Assembly: GCF_020745735.1 (NCBI RefSeq)
Contig: NC_083406.1
Coordinates: 11,594,001-11,658,000, forward strand
Source: Hemiscyllium ocellatum
Taxonomy: Eukaryota
DNA: 64,000 nt
Direction: 5' to 3'
Shown here: positions 39,661-52,191 of the stretch, one piece after another
Numbering within the stretch: the first letter of the stretch is position 1
Layout of the letters: each line of letters opens with the position of its first letter
Translations under genes and position numbers: made by a program
Notes under the pieces: model-generated
The model's input: only the letters and a program-made list of their open reading frames with translations
The model's database searches: none
What the model was told of the DNA's origin: nothing

Positions 39661-39689
39661 TCTCCAGGTCAGAGTGGGAGTCAACAGTG

Positions 39690-40220
39690 CAGCTATGAAG
39701 CTTGCTTCAGCATTTAGTCTGATCATTGCTCACCTTGGGCTTCAACTCAACTTTCCTGCCTGCTTCCACACTCCTTAGTTCCCTAAAGCCTATCAATCTA
39801 CCTATCCCAGCATGAACCATATTTCAATGATGGAGGATCCACAACTCTCTGCGGTGGAGAATTCCAAAACTTCACCAGCTTTTCAGTGAATAAGTCTCTC
39901 CTCATCTCAGTCCTAAATGATGCAGCCCTTATCTTGAGACTGAGCTGCTGTCTTTTAAATTCCCTGACCCAGAGGAATAATCATGTCAATCATATCTGAT
40001 TACACAGTATTTTTCTCAACTCCAGAGGGTGTAGACCAATTTGGTCAGCTTCTCTACATGGAAAACTTAACTCAGTGATCCTTGACTGCTCTCCTTTCAA
40101 TTTAAAAATGTATTTTCTTAAATATGGAGACCAAGACTGCGTACAACATCTCAGAAGTAGTCTCGGTAATACTTGTACATCAGTAACAAGATTTCTGTCT
40201 TACTGCACTCTATTTCCATT
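39690..40220 (-). mobile_element. Old CR1 3' fragment
   Basis: 'cacaactctctgcggtggagaattccaaa...ctcctcatctcagtcctaaatg...atatggagaccaagactgcgtacaa'. Confidence 0.65.
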
Positions 40221-42019
40221 TGTACCTTAACATTGAAAATGTGTCACATGATAGATACCACAGAGATGCTGCAAGAATGCTCATTGACTGATTACCCAAG
40301 GTTTGCTCTCTAATGCTGCATTTTACTTATTAGCAGAAAGCTCTTCCATGTACCATTTTGGCATCAGCTAATCAAGCACTGCACAAGATGATCCTACATG
40401 GGAGAAGGTCAAAAGATGAGGAAGATAGAGGTGTGAATTTTTGCTAAGAACAGTATGAGGCAGCTGACACTCCGGAACTGACGAAAGTGTGGTCCCAGGA
40501 TTGGCTGCACCTGCACACAATGAGACCAGTTGCATTCAATAATAGGTTTATCTGAATACTTTTCTACACTTTCAGTGGTGAAAGCAGATGAAGGTTTATT
40601 GCAGCAGAAGTGTGAGGGTAGGGGCATTGTGAAAATAGGGTGAAATAGAAGATTAAGGGCAGGTCCAGGCAGCAAGTATTTTTATCCGTGTTAAAGACCA
40701 AATGCCACGTGTAATTGGGGCACCAATTTATCGTGAAAGTGCAGTATTTTGAAAAACTTTCGAAGTTGTAATAATCCCTGTGCACATCATCAGGCTTTTC
40801 TTATCTCTAGTTCCAGCTGAAAAATAGATGTTCTGCTCCAGGATGCTTGCCAATGAATGAGGCACATAGCTGCAATGTAAAGTCTCTGTTTTCATGAAAA
40901 GGAAGTATATTAGAATATTGGAAACAACAATAAAGGACTAATTCTAATTCTCTGATAGATGTCTTTCAGCACTCAAAGGAAGAACTAATAAAGAATTGAT
41001 AGCCCATAAATTTCAAAATGTTTATCCAATATTTGAAAAAAAAATTATCTGTGATTGTAGACCAAGAGTTGCCTAAACCATGTCCTGCCCTGACTCTTTC
41101 CATACCACACACACTCAGTGGTACCTAAGGGAAGTACTATCTATTCTCTGCCTGAGCTACATCGTTATCTCAAATGTACAAATGCTTCAATTATGTGCTC
41201 AATGGGAAAATTTCCTTCTCCTTAAGTTTTCCTGCATTTAATAACATCTGGCAAGTCCATTCAATGAAAGTGCAGAGAATACTTGTAGATTGCAACTTGA
41301 TATAAAAATAAAAGAAAATAACAGTACTCAAGGCAGCTTGCAATTGTATAATAGTGTGAAAGCACAGCAGAGGCCTAGGGGAAATTTCTGTGGGCAGCCA
41401 CAATGTGCATGATTTTTTTATTGGCTTGCAGAAATTGTTGGAACATCAATCATGCTATCCTTTCTCTCTTTCTAATAGCTGCCTGGATATGCCAAATAAA
41501 ATCATTTAAAAAGCAGAAGCACATATACTTGTATTAGACAACCATTAAATAAGTGCTACACCTGATAAACCTGGTAACGAAAGAAGACATTCGGGACTTT
41601 TTAATATCCAGTTAAATTGACAATTGTGTGCATCTGATATGATCCACAAATTGTCAAGTTAACAATCTTTAGTTTGTTTAATGGATTTGAGCTAACCTTA
41701 CCTTAATAATATATTTTTAAAAATCATGTTAGTTAACTGCATTGCTTCTCAGTCTCTCATAAGTAGTGGTTCATGTTAAGTACAGAACCTGGTTGGTGTT
41801 TTCTGTTAATCTGAGACCATCATATGGGTTCATTGGGGATTTTAATTTTAAAAAAATCTGTAACCTTTATGAAAACCCCAGGAGGAGAGGTGCTGGATAC
41901 CAACAGTTTTCCAAGTGGTGTGGCAGGAGGTATCCTTGCATTGACTGACATTTAGTTCTTGGTGGATAGACCTTATTCTTTACCAAAACTTCCAAAACTG
42001 GCTGTATTTTCCATCACAT

Positions 42020-42395
42020 ACCACGCCAATCCTGACTCCTCAGGACTTGTGCACCATCTACAAGGCACAATTGGATTGTGGTAGGATGAAGGTAGCTCCA
42101 AGAATACTGAAGGAGCTTGATACCCCATCCATCACTGCAAACATTCAGCCACTCTAACACTGGCAGATGCTACCACAAATGCGTATCATCAATGAACAAC
42201 AATGCACAAAGACTCTTTCAATAGCACCTTGCAAAACTGTAGTAGCACTACCTGCAAATTCCTTTTCAAGCCAGATGTCTATCACTGTCATCTTCTCTGT
42301 CACTGGGCTGAAATCTTGGATTTCAATTACTCAACAAGGTATTTCACCACCAACTTCTGAAGCACAATTAATGTTGGGCAACAACTACCTTCTGG
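42020..42395 (+). mobile_element. CR1/L2-group LINE 3' fragment
   Basis: TIYKAQ at ~42053; homologous to 44750-45175 and 23690-24205. Confidence 0.55.
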
Positions 42396-42654
42396 GTACC
42401 ACCTACCAAGCAACAGAGCACCATTGGCAGACAAAGTCCTTTGCAAAGTTGCCTCTCAGCTGTTCATATCTGGAGTATTCAGTGTAACCAATCACAACCT
42501 TTATCGCTAGTCAGTTTCACTGGAGCAGTGTCAATTGCTGGGTTGGAAACATAGCATTTGGCTCATTTCTTGAGAAAGAAGAGATTCTTGCCCTTGAACT
42601 TCTACTTGAGATAAAGGAAATTATATACCTTTTCACAAAAGAGTAATAAAGCTA

Positions 42655-43035
42655 AACAATTCCATTTATACTGTGCCTTTCATGACCTCAGGATATCAAA
42701 GCGCTTTACAATCAAGTACTTCTGAAGAATAGTGACGAGCATAATGTAGGAAATACAGCGCAAAAACTCCCACAAACTGTGATAGTGTGTTGTTGATTAA
42801 GAGACATGTATTAGCTAAGTGACCAAGGATACCCCACTCCTTAATCTTCTTCCAATGAGTACCATGAGATCTTTTTTTGTCAACCAAAGAGGAAAGATGA
42901 GTTCCAATGTAATGTCACATCTCAAAGTAGCAAGTTTAGAAGTACAGCATTCACTCAATACTATACTAGAGTGTTAGAACAGACTGTTGTCCTCATATTT
43001 TTTTAAATTCAGAGACAATAGCATTAGCCACTAAA
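42655..43035 (-). mobile_element. DeuSINE (SacSINE1-like)
   Basis: Reverse complement shows the Deu-domain and an L2-type tail 'tgtaaagcgctttgatatcctgaggtcatgaaaggc'. Confidence 0.7.
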
Positions 43036-43859
43036 CCATTGTTCATTATACAATGGGGATAGATGACAATGTTACAACTAAACAAATCAAAAGTCAATTT
43101 GTTAACCACTTTTCTTAATTTCAGATTTGCTTTCTTGCTGAGGAGATGTGCAATCTGTTGACAAGCTTCTGTTAGTGAGCTAGTTCCTAAGTAATGCACT
43201 GTTTCCTTTAGGACAGGAGTTGGGTGTTGTACACACTGACATGTGCCATGCCAGTGCTTTGGGTGATCGTGTGGATTATTTTTACACTTTTAGGCTGCTG
43301 AATAGTGCCTAATGTGTACAGAGGGCTAACAGAGGATAGATGAGACACCAGCTTCATCTTAGCTGTACATGTTGAAAAATGACAGGATGTGTTCCCAGAT
43401 TTCAGGAACATGTTTCTGACGGGTGACAGGGCACAAGTTTGGAAAATCAAGTCTAATGCTGGCGAGGTCATTTTCCTTTGATTTTTTTTGTGAGAACCAA
43501 TAATTGAAACTGGCAACTTTGCAAGAGGTATTTTGCAATACAGGTGTTGCCAGGGTTTTAAGCAGAGTGCATCACAGCATCACAGTTTTAATGGTAACTT
43601 CAATTCTGAAGATAAATATTCACAAGCTATTCCATAATTTGCTATTTCATCAATATCAACAGGCAATAAAAGGAAAGAACATCAAACTGAAAAACACATC
43701 ACCTTGCCTTCATTATATTACAAATTAGTTGTGTTTATGGGTATGCATGTGCACTAGGTAATAATGATACCTCTAATTGAATTTGAACTTGAATAACAAT
43801 AACTGAGCATGTGCACAAGCATAATTGCAGAGGATGAAGAAAGCACTTGAATTACAAAG

Positions 43860-44200
43860 AGCCCTGTGTGATTTTGAGACATCCTAAAGCATTTTACAGT
43901 TAAAGTAGTCATCATTGTAACATGGGTGTTGTGACTGCTCCTCATGCACATCATGATAATGCAAACATCTATGGGGTACAGAAGTGAGAATCGTCTGCTT
44001 TCTGGCTTTCAAGAAATGCCACACTCCTCTTTGAATTGTATTGAGGAATTGTTTGTGTCTGCCTGGAGCATAATTTAATATCTCATCATTGTCAATAATC
44101 ACTCAATATTGTATTGAAAAGTTAGTTTCTTTTATGTGCTCAAGTCTTTGGATCTGGGCTTTAACCTCCAACCATTCTGATTTATAGTCATCAGGCTGCC
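43860..44200 (-). mobile_element. Decayed DeuSINE
   Basis: 'gacatcctaaagcattttacag' tail and 'ttatgtgctcaagtc' head-proximal motif. Confidence 0.5.
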
Positions 44201-44749
44201 AACTAAAACAAGAACCAACGCACCGAATTTAGCAAGATCATGAATTTCAAAGCAGCAAAGTAAGAATAAAAGCATAATTAAGATAAGGTAACCAAGGTAA
44301 CAATTGAACATCTGTATTTTAATTTTCTGCTTCATTTGGCAAGCACATTGTTCAAACATTTATTTTTCAGGACGTTGAGGCTTTCTGTTAAAATAGAAAG
44401 ATTTTTGCAATTGCAGGTTATAACTGATCCTTTCAGCATGGAAGATTTCAGTCTGAGATTGCATATACTAATTAAAATGAAATTAACCTCTTAATACAGC
44501 ATTTCATACATCTAGTACAAGAATATAATCCAAAGTCATGACTTAGGTTTTCAGGTGATCCTCACAACACCAAGGCATGATATATTTCAGCCACGATCAA
44601 ATGCTCACTTCCACATGCCCAACAGGTTTTGACTATCACTTTCTGTTAAGTAAATTATTCACTGGATAATTGTATACTACTCAGTACACATTTGTGACTG
44701 GGAAAACTAGTGGTAATGAGGCTGGATCCTTATAGAAGGATTATTGTCA

Positions 44750-45175
44750 ATCCTTAGTTGCCCATGAGAAGATAGCATTGAGCTACCTTCTTGAGATGTT
44801 GTAGTCCATATGCTGTGCATTGACTCACAATGCCATTAGGGAGGGAATACCAAGAATTCGACTCAACAATTGTGAAGGAACAGTGAAGTACTTTCAAAGC
44901 AGAATGGTGAGTGGCGTCGAGGGGTACTTGCAGATTGTTCCCATGCATCTGCTACCTTTGTCCTTCTAGATGGAAGTAGTCATGGTTTTGGAAAGTAGTG
45001 CATAAAGATCTTCAGTGAATTTCTGCAGTGCCTCTTGGAGATTGTATACACTGTTGCTCCTGAGCATCAGTGGTGGAGAGTGGGTGTTTGTAAATGTGAT
45101 GCCAATCAAATGGGCTGCTTTGTCCTGGATGATGTCAAGCTTATTGAGTGTTGATGGAGCTGCACCCATCCAGGT
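44750..45175 (-). mobile_element. CR1/L2-group LINE 3' fragment (shares its tail with SINE B)
   Basis: MGAAPSTLNKLDIIQDKAAHLIG; SWYSLPNGIV. Confidence 0.75.
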
Positions 45176-45775
45176 AAGTTATACAAATAATGCACATGTC
45201 TTGCCCTTTATAATTATGCACAAAGGAATTAATTTTGCAAAGACACACTTCCAGGAGATCCTTGCCCACTAACTCCTCCAGTCATTAAAAAGGACACTAA
45301 TTTCTACAATCTTCTAATTATTAAAATGAGTAATCAGAAAATGTTGTCCCCAATTTCTCATTCATGCTTCAGTGGGCAAGGGTGCCTGATGGCATTTTTG
45401 ATTCCAGTGTAAAAGTAGCATGGTCCTGGCACTGAGGCACATTTCCAAAGTGCTATTTGACAAATAGGTGCTGTCATTTACTGGGTTGGGATTTTGACTT
45501 TGGCAGCAGTGACAAGTGCCAAACAATCTTAAATTAGCAGCATGCATGATTTTAGCTGAACATGATTCTCAGCAAGAAGCCAAGCTTGAGAGACTTGAGT
45601 AGAACTGCACTTGGAAAGGCTACAGCTGAAAAAGAGAGATTGTTAGGACAGGGACACGGTGTATTCAATATGGTTTGGAGCATTGGGTATTATCCCAAAG
45701 AAACAAGAGCAGATGTGTGAAATGGTTTGTGATCATGAAGGTTGGGGTGAGGAGTTAGTGACCATGGAGAGTCAT

Positions 45776-46126
45776 GGGAGGCATGATGACTCAAAGGTTG
45801 GCACTGCTGCCTCACAGTGCCAGGCCTCAGGTTCAATTCCACTGTCGGGTGACAGTCTGTGTGGAGTTTGCACATTCTCCCCGTGTCTGTGTGGGTTTCA
45901 TCTGGTTTGGTTCCTCCCATAGTCCAAAGATGTGCGGGTTAGGTAGATTAGCTATGCTAAGTTGCCCATTGTGTCCAGGGATGTGTCAGTTAGGAGGATT
46001 AGCCATGGAAAATGCAAGGTTATATGGATAGGGTGGTGGGAGGGATGTCTGGGTGAGATGCTCTTGAGGACTTGATGAGTTGAATGGGCTCTTTTTATGC
46101 TGTAGGGATTCTCTGATTCTATGAAT
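45776..46126 (+). mobile_element. HE1-type V-SINE, older copy
   Basis: B-box ggttcaattcc; V-domain 'ctgtgtggagtttgcacattctccccgtgtctgtgtgggttt'; 'gattctctgattctatga' tail. Confidence 0.9.
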
Positions 46127-46207
46127 GATGGTAGGGACTGTCAATGTAAGGGACCGGTGATCACAGGGAATATACCATGTGTAGTCAGCAATCACAACAG
46201 GTTTTTT

Positions 46208-46520
46208 TTAGATTAGATTAGATTACTTACAGTGTGGAAACAGGCCCTTCGGCCCAACAAGTCCACACCGACCCGCCGAAGCGCAACCCACCCATACCCC
46301 TACATTTACCCCTTACCTAACACTACGGGCAATTTAGCATGGCCAATTCACCTGATCCGCACATCTTTTGACTGTGGGAGGAAACCAGAGCACCCGGAGG
46401 AAACCCACGCAGACACGGGGAGAACGTGCAAACTCCACACAGTCGCCTGAGTCGGGAATTGAACCCGGGTCTCAGGCGCTGTGAGGCAGCAGTGCTAACC
46501 ACTGTGCCACCGTGCCGCCC
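46208..46520 (-). mobile_element. HE1-type V-SINE, young full-length copy
   Basis: Minus strand gggcggcacggtggcacagtggttagcactgctgcctcacagcgcc..., A box TGGCACAGTGG, B box GGTTCAATTCC, CpGs retained, (TCTAA)n tail. Confidence 0.95.
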
Positions 46521-46589
46521 ACGGTGTGTCAAAGTTTGCTTGGGACAGTGACAGCAGCAAGTTTGGTAACCACAGGGATCAGAGATGCT

Positions 46590-47150
46590 GACAGGCTGGT
46601 CATTGATCACTATGGTGGGCTCAGTGATTGTGGACGATTGCAGGTAATCGCTGATCATATTTCCAGTGATTGCAGGTCCAGTGATTAGGGAGTGATCAGA
46701 GATCATGAAGGCAGTGAGTACAAGGTGTTGGTGATTGTTGATGGCTTGGAGCCCACAGAGGACTCAGTGATTGTGGAGAGGTCAACAACAGCAGTCTAGG
46801 AGGGGTGAATGTTGAGGATTGGAGGTTGTTGGCAATTGTGGAGTGGTTGCTGATCACATGGGCATTGATCACGGAGGCAGTGATCATGCAAATGTGTTGA
46901 TAATCATATGGGGAAACAGTGATTTTGGAGGTTTACAGGAAGTCGATGATTGCAAAGGGGTCAGTGATTATAGAGTAATGAGTTTCAGGAGAGTCAGTTA
47001 TCGTGCAGGAGCTATTGATCCTGGTAGAGACTGTTTTATGCTGGGTCATCTTGGGAGGATTTAGATCATGCAGACGTTTAATGACCAATAGCAGGGGGTG
47101 ACAGTTCATGATGAAAGGATTTGCGATTGTGGGGGAGGTCAATGATTGTG
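46590..47150. repeat. Cryptic degenerate simple repeat rich in cagtgatt/tgatca
   Basis: ctcagtgattgtgga at 46620 and 46763; attgatcac at 46602 and 46864; many cagtgat(t/c) copies. Confidence 0.5.
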
Positions 47151-47675
47151 AAAGATGATGTTACGGTTCTGTGTGATGAATTACGTGATCAGTGAAAAAG
47201 AAAATGCATTCTCAGAAACATTGTCCTTGAAGTATCCTGCTCTGCTCATGATCAAGCATTTCACATCCGCAGTGTGTTAGCCATCACATACTGACTATTG
47301 GTACCAAGCAACTACTTAATCCATCTCAATCCTGATAGAGATTATGTGAGTGTGTGGCTGCAATACTTCCATTTAATGCAAATACTATCTCCAAGTCCCA
47401 ATGGGGAATTCTTTGAATCAGTTCACTTTTTGAAGTATACTTCACCATTGATTACACTGCCTGCAATTATAGAGACACTAAGCATATTAGATATTTGGTT
47501 GTGTGAACTGTTGAGATTCTCAATCCTGAGTTTATATTGATGAAGGCACTTGGACTATGTATAGGCGTAATAATGTTAATGACCTGGTCTTGAAATGTTA
47601 ACAATGTAATCAGCGCTTGGTGATCAGTGCTAAAGGTAAAAGTTCTACCATAGAAATAAATGATTGAATATTTAC

Positions 47676-48237
47676 AAAACTACACAACACCAGATTATAG
47701 TCCAACAGGATTAATTGGAAGCACTAGCTTTCGGAGCGCTGCTCCTTCATTATTTGTACTTGAGGAGTTACATTGTGCTTTGCTCCAAAACTGCATGAAT
47801 CCATGTAAGACTCTGTTAACTCCTTTTTTAGATTAGAATCAGTCTAAACATTATGGCACAGACAACAGAACACAGGGGACTAACAACTTCAACATCTTAT
47901 CTGGACTGACACCAATTGTTACAGTTAACCTGAGAATGTAACTTTTAAAAAACGTTTTGTGATTTACATATGGAAGAAGTGAAACTACCATGGTCATTCA
48001 AACAGATGAGAAACTTAACAAACAATCAATCTATTCTTCAATGTATAATTTCAGTTACATCACACTGTAAACTTTGTTATAAATTCTGTGTCTTACAATT
48101 GTGTCCTCTGCAATCACCTGATGAAAGAGCATTGCTCCGAAACTAGTGTGCTTCCAATTAAACCTGTTGGACTATAACCTGGTGTTGTGTGATTTTTAAC
48201 TTTGTACACCCCAGTCCAACACTGGCATTTCTAAATC
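47676..48237. mobile_element. PLE family 2 insertion with an inverted 3' end
   Basis: Left arm 47676-47750 is the reverse complement of ~48121-48197; right arm has a ~40-nt tail; body is homologous to ~33380-34110. Confidence 0.85.
48115..48148 (+). ncRNA. Minimal hammerhead ribozyme, family 2 (mutated copy)
   Basis: CAC CTGATGA A AGAGC ATT GCTCC GAA A-CT A GTG; with 47722-47750 and ~34029 it gives the consensus CAC CTGATGA A GGAGC AGC GCTCC GAA AGCT A GTG. Confidence 0.7.
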
Positions 48238-48779
48238 GTAGATACAAACTAGCGCTTCTTGTGCTTCAAAAGAATGTTTGCAGTCAGATTCCAACAACAA
48301 ATGTGATGTATTAACAATTGATCTTTTGCTTCCATCAATATACTGTGATTGGACCAGACTGCTCATGGAGAGAGGCAGACACTCACATGTCTGAGGTAGC
48401 TTAGTGCAAACAGTAACTGGTGGAGTCCTACTGTCATTGAGTCCATTAGCCAGCCTCTCCAATGGCTTGCCTGTTGCTTCTGTGTCTGTTTGTACATTCA
48501 AATGAAGTCCCTAACTTCCAACAGTATGAAATCTTCATGTGCATTGGGCTGAGCAAGTGTCTGATCTCTAAGAACACTCCAAGTGCCATTGACCTGGGGC
48601 ATTCATTGCTTGACCACCTGTACTGACATGGCAGTGATGGATTCACTAGCAGTGTTGCCTGCTCTAAAGATGCAAAAATACCCTCCAAAGTGCCAATATC
48701 TGAGCTGGTGGAAGATCCAGACTTGATGCAAACTTAGTGCGATATGTGACTTCTTTCTCAGAGGTGAAGAAGGAACTAT

Positions 48780-48960
48780 CTTGCAAGTCCTGAATCTGAC
48801 CTGTATCACACTGACTAGGGTGGTTACCTTGGACCAGTTTGACAAGGTCTGGTGTTGTGGTCTCCTCTGCCAGTCCTCCTCTGCAACACTTTGTCCACGA
48901 TCACCAAGTTTCCATCTAGAAAGTAGGGTGTCAATTTCCCTTTGTGAAAGGGGTAGGGTG
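48780..48960 (-). pseudogene. Possible Myb/SANT-like domain remnant of a PIF/Harbinger transposon
   Basis: LSQREIDTLL...WQRRPQHQTLSNWSKVTTLVSVIQVRFRT resembles the F(S)xxELxxLL...WxxVxxxVS...RT pattern. Confidence 0.4.
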
Positions 48961-49536
48961 ACCATGCTCTGTACCTGCTGTACTATTATACCATCCACAG
49001 CAATCTTTAAATTGGCACAACACAACACACATAAGTTAGCAACCAAAGAGTTTATTTTCAAAATAGCTGACACCAACTTCTACTCATAAAATGCCATCAC
49101 TTTAAACATATCTTCCACACACTGATGAAGTCATGGTTAGTACGTGTCCATCACATGCACAAAACTGGAAGATTTGGAAAAGACAGTTGGTGTCTTTTTA
49201 ACTCCATCTCAGACTTCAATCTCAGATTTCAAATTTAGCAATTGACACAATGTTCGCAACAATTATATTTACTACAATTTTCCCCATTAAGTATATGCAG
49301 CCTTAAGCTAGAGATTCCACATTCATTTACACGGCATCTATTTCCTCAGTGACTTCAAGTTTTACTAGCCTCTGGTTGGCTAAGTGTTCCTCCACTGACA
49401 TGTTTAAAACTGGTCTCCCTCATTTGCAGACTTCCTCCTCACCCCAGATCTGACTACCACATCTATGGCAAATGGACTGCAGCAGTTCAAAAATGCACCA
49501 TCTTCTCCAAGGACATCTAAGATGGGCAAGAAATGC

Positions 49537-49685
49537 CTGGCACCCTCTCCTCATTCCTGATGAAGGGCTCTGGCCCGAAACGTCGAATTTCCTGTTCCTT
49601 GGATGCTGCCTGACCTGCTGCGCTTTAACCAGCAACACATTTTCAGCTCTGATCTCCAGCATCTGCAGACCTCACTTTTTACTCG
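49537..49685 (+). mobile_element. PLE family 1 short single-arm insertion
   Basis: 9-bp TSD aagaaatgc (49528-49536, 49686-49694); near-identical to 19610-19750. Confidence 0.9.
49553..49588 (+). ncRNA. Minimal type I hammerhead ribozyme, intact core
   Basis: ATTC CTGATGA A GGGC TCTG GCCC GAA ACGT C GAAT. Confidence 0.85.
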
Positions 49686-51564
49686 AAGAAATGCAGTAAT
49701 GCCCATATACCTTGTTAGGACCATAGAACCATATAAATGATACAGCATAGAGTTGGCCTATTTGGCCCATCTGTCCATGCTGACCCTTTATAGTCTCACT
49801 TTCTACTGCCCTCTTTCAGCATTCTCCTCTCTCTCCCAACCCTACCCTAAAACTCACTTTTCTACCCCAACACCCCTTGCTGCCTTTTCTCTTCCTACCC
49901 AACATCCCTCAACAGCTCCCCTGCCTCTTCATTCCTGCCAAAGGGATGCCATATTCACCAAGAGGCATTTCTTCTGCAGGAATCCCAGCCTCCCCTATGA
50001 TGTCGCTGTGACCAAGAGGTATTGACCTCTGGTTGGCTGGCAATCCTGGGTGGGTGGAGCTCCCCTTCTTGTGATCATGGTTCCTGAAGGGGGCAGAATC
50101 TTGCTGAAGCATCAGGCTTCTCATCTGCCTGTTGTAGAATCAGTGAGAAAGTCACAATGCATCTTTACATTACTTAATGCTGGGTGACAACATGGACAGG
50201 CATAACAAAAGTACCTGCATCTTTAGAGTCTGTAGCACCTAATACTGATGTATTTCTAGTCATCAGAGGACTTCAAAATCTGCTTCTTAGATTTAACAAT
50301 ATCCTGTGGCCCATACTTGTTTATACTTTTGAAGTGATACAATCTGGAAATAATATAAATTAGACACATTAAAAAAAACACTTGTAGTTCACCTATTTTA
50401 ATGATTCAACAGGATCAAAGATCTACTTCAAAGTATTTAGAGTCAGCCACAATCTGTGGATTGAGCTTGCTGACTTGACAGGCTACAGAACCCAGGAAAT
50501 TCAATAATTTTTTTTTAACTGAGTTACCTGTATGTTAATTAACTTAGAGCCACACTCAGTAACTTCAAATTATCTGCTTTTGGTCTTTCATTTACAGTGA
50601 TCTTTCTGCAGCTACCATGCTGTTCAACAACAGATCCTCGGTGTAACACTCACCTCTCTACTCCTTTAAGTCAAAAGGACACTGACTTGAATGGACATGA
50701 TAGACAACCATTTTAGTCATTCACTACCAGATTTATCTGCAACACATAAAGTACGATGATTCCTACTCTCAGCTACAAGGTCAATTCACTATTGCAAATT
50801 CCAAGGGCACGGATTATCCATGACTTATTTTCTCCACGTCAAGCCATCTTTTTAAGTTCCTATGCCCAATCTCCTACCCCTTCAACTCCAAAGATAAACA
50901 TCAAGAACTAAAAGATTTGTTTGCCACTGAGAGTGAATGTGAGAAATAGGAGCAGAACCAGCTACTCAGTTGCCTCTGTCACCTTCCTCATTTCCTTTGA
51001 CTCACCAAGATAAATTGGATAGATGGCTCTCCTTTGCCCTAGTTTCCTTTCCTAGTTCCACTTCTACTTCCCCTCAAACCTTGCAAACCTCACCTTCAAT
51101 TAGACCCAACATCTGCTCTCTTGATCTTTTCCACAAACTACTGGACATTTCTCTTTCCAGTTCCACTGTTACGTGACATTGTTAACAATACTCTCTCCTC
51201 CTCAATCTTTCCTTTCAACATTTTGGAATGTGTTTTTTGCTTCCAAGTTCTTGTCTAATTCTTCTGGAATGCCATGTTTAAATCACTCCAATCACATTTC
51301 TATACCTGGGCTCAAAACCAAAACAATTCTAATCAAAGTCACAAATAACATCTCAGATGACAGTGGCAAAGGGAGCCTGGCCCCCCTCATCCTTCTAAAA
51401 CTGTCTGCTTCCTTTGACATACCATCATCTACCAAACTCCTTCATCCTCATTCAACAAGATGGAATTGCATTTGCATAGCATCAACCTTATTTTTGCAAT
51501 TGTCACCAGAGAATCATCAGCAATGGCTGTTCTCCTCAATTCTGCATGGTTAATGCATATCGTG

Positions 51565-52191
51565 GAATCCCAATAGTGTGGAAAAAGGCCATTTGGCCCA
51601 ACAAGTCCACGCCAACCCTCCAAAGAGTATCCCACCCAGATCAATTCCTCTCACCTATTACTCTATATTTCCCCCACCAATGCACCTATCCTAAACATCC
51701 CTGAACACTATGGGCAATTTAGAACTATGGCCCTCGATGTTGCGCCGACCCAAGCCCACCTAACCTACACTAGCCCACTATCCTCCATATGCCTATCCAA
51801 TGCCCGTTTAAATGCCCATAAAGAGGGACAGTCTATCACTGCTACAGGCAGGGCATTCCATGAACTCATGACTTGCTGAGTAAAGAATCTACCCCTAACA
51901 TCTGTCCTATACCTACCTCCCCTTAATTTAAAGCTATGCCCCCTCGTAATAGCTGACTCCATACGTGGAAAAAGGTTCTCATTGTCAACCCTATCTAAAC
52001 CTATTTAGCATGGCCAATTTACCTAACCTGTACAACTTTGAACTCTGGGAGGAAACCAGAGCACCCGGAGAAAACATAGACATGAGGAGAATGTGCAAGC
52101 TCTACATGGACAGTCACCCAAGGCTGGAATTGAACCCGGGTCCTTGGCACTGTGAGGCAGCAATACTAATCATTGGGCTACTGTGCTGCCC
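51565..52191 (-). mobile_element. HE1-type V-SINE split by a CR1 insertion
   Basis: Tail half ~51565-51722, head half ~52003-52191 with B box gggttcaattcc. Confidence 0.85.
51723..52002 (-). mobile_element. CR1 3' end nested in HE1
   Basis: TRGHSFKLRGGRYRTDVRGRFFTQQVMSSWNALP; 6-bp duplication atttag (51717-51722, 52003-52008). Confidence 0.88.

Noticed and set aside
40575-40617. Possible short host exon (tttcag|TGGTGAAAGCAGATG...|gtaggg)
   Set aside because: Only splice-like dinucleotides; no recognisable protein and no partner exons
45776-46520. tRNA genes
   Set aside because: The A/B boxes belong to HE1 SINE heads that continue into the V-domain and CR1-derived tail
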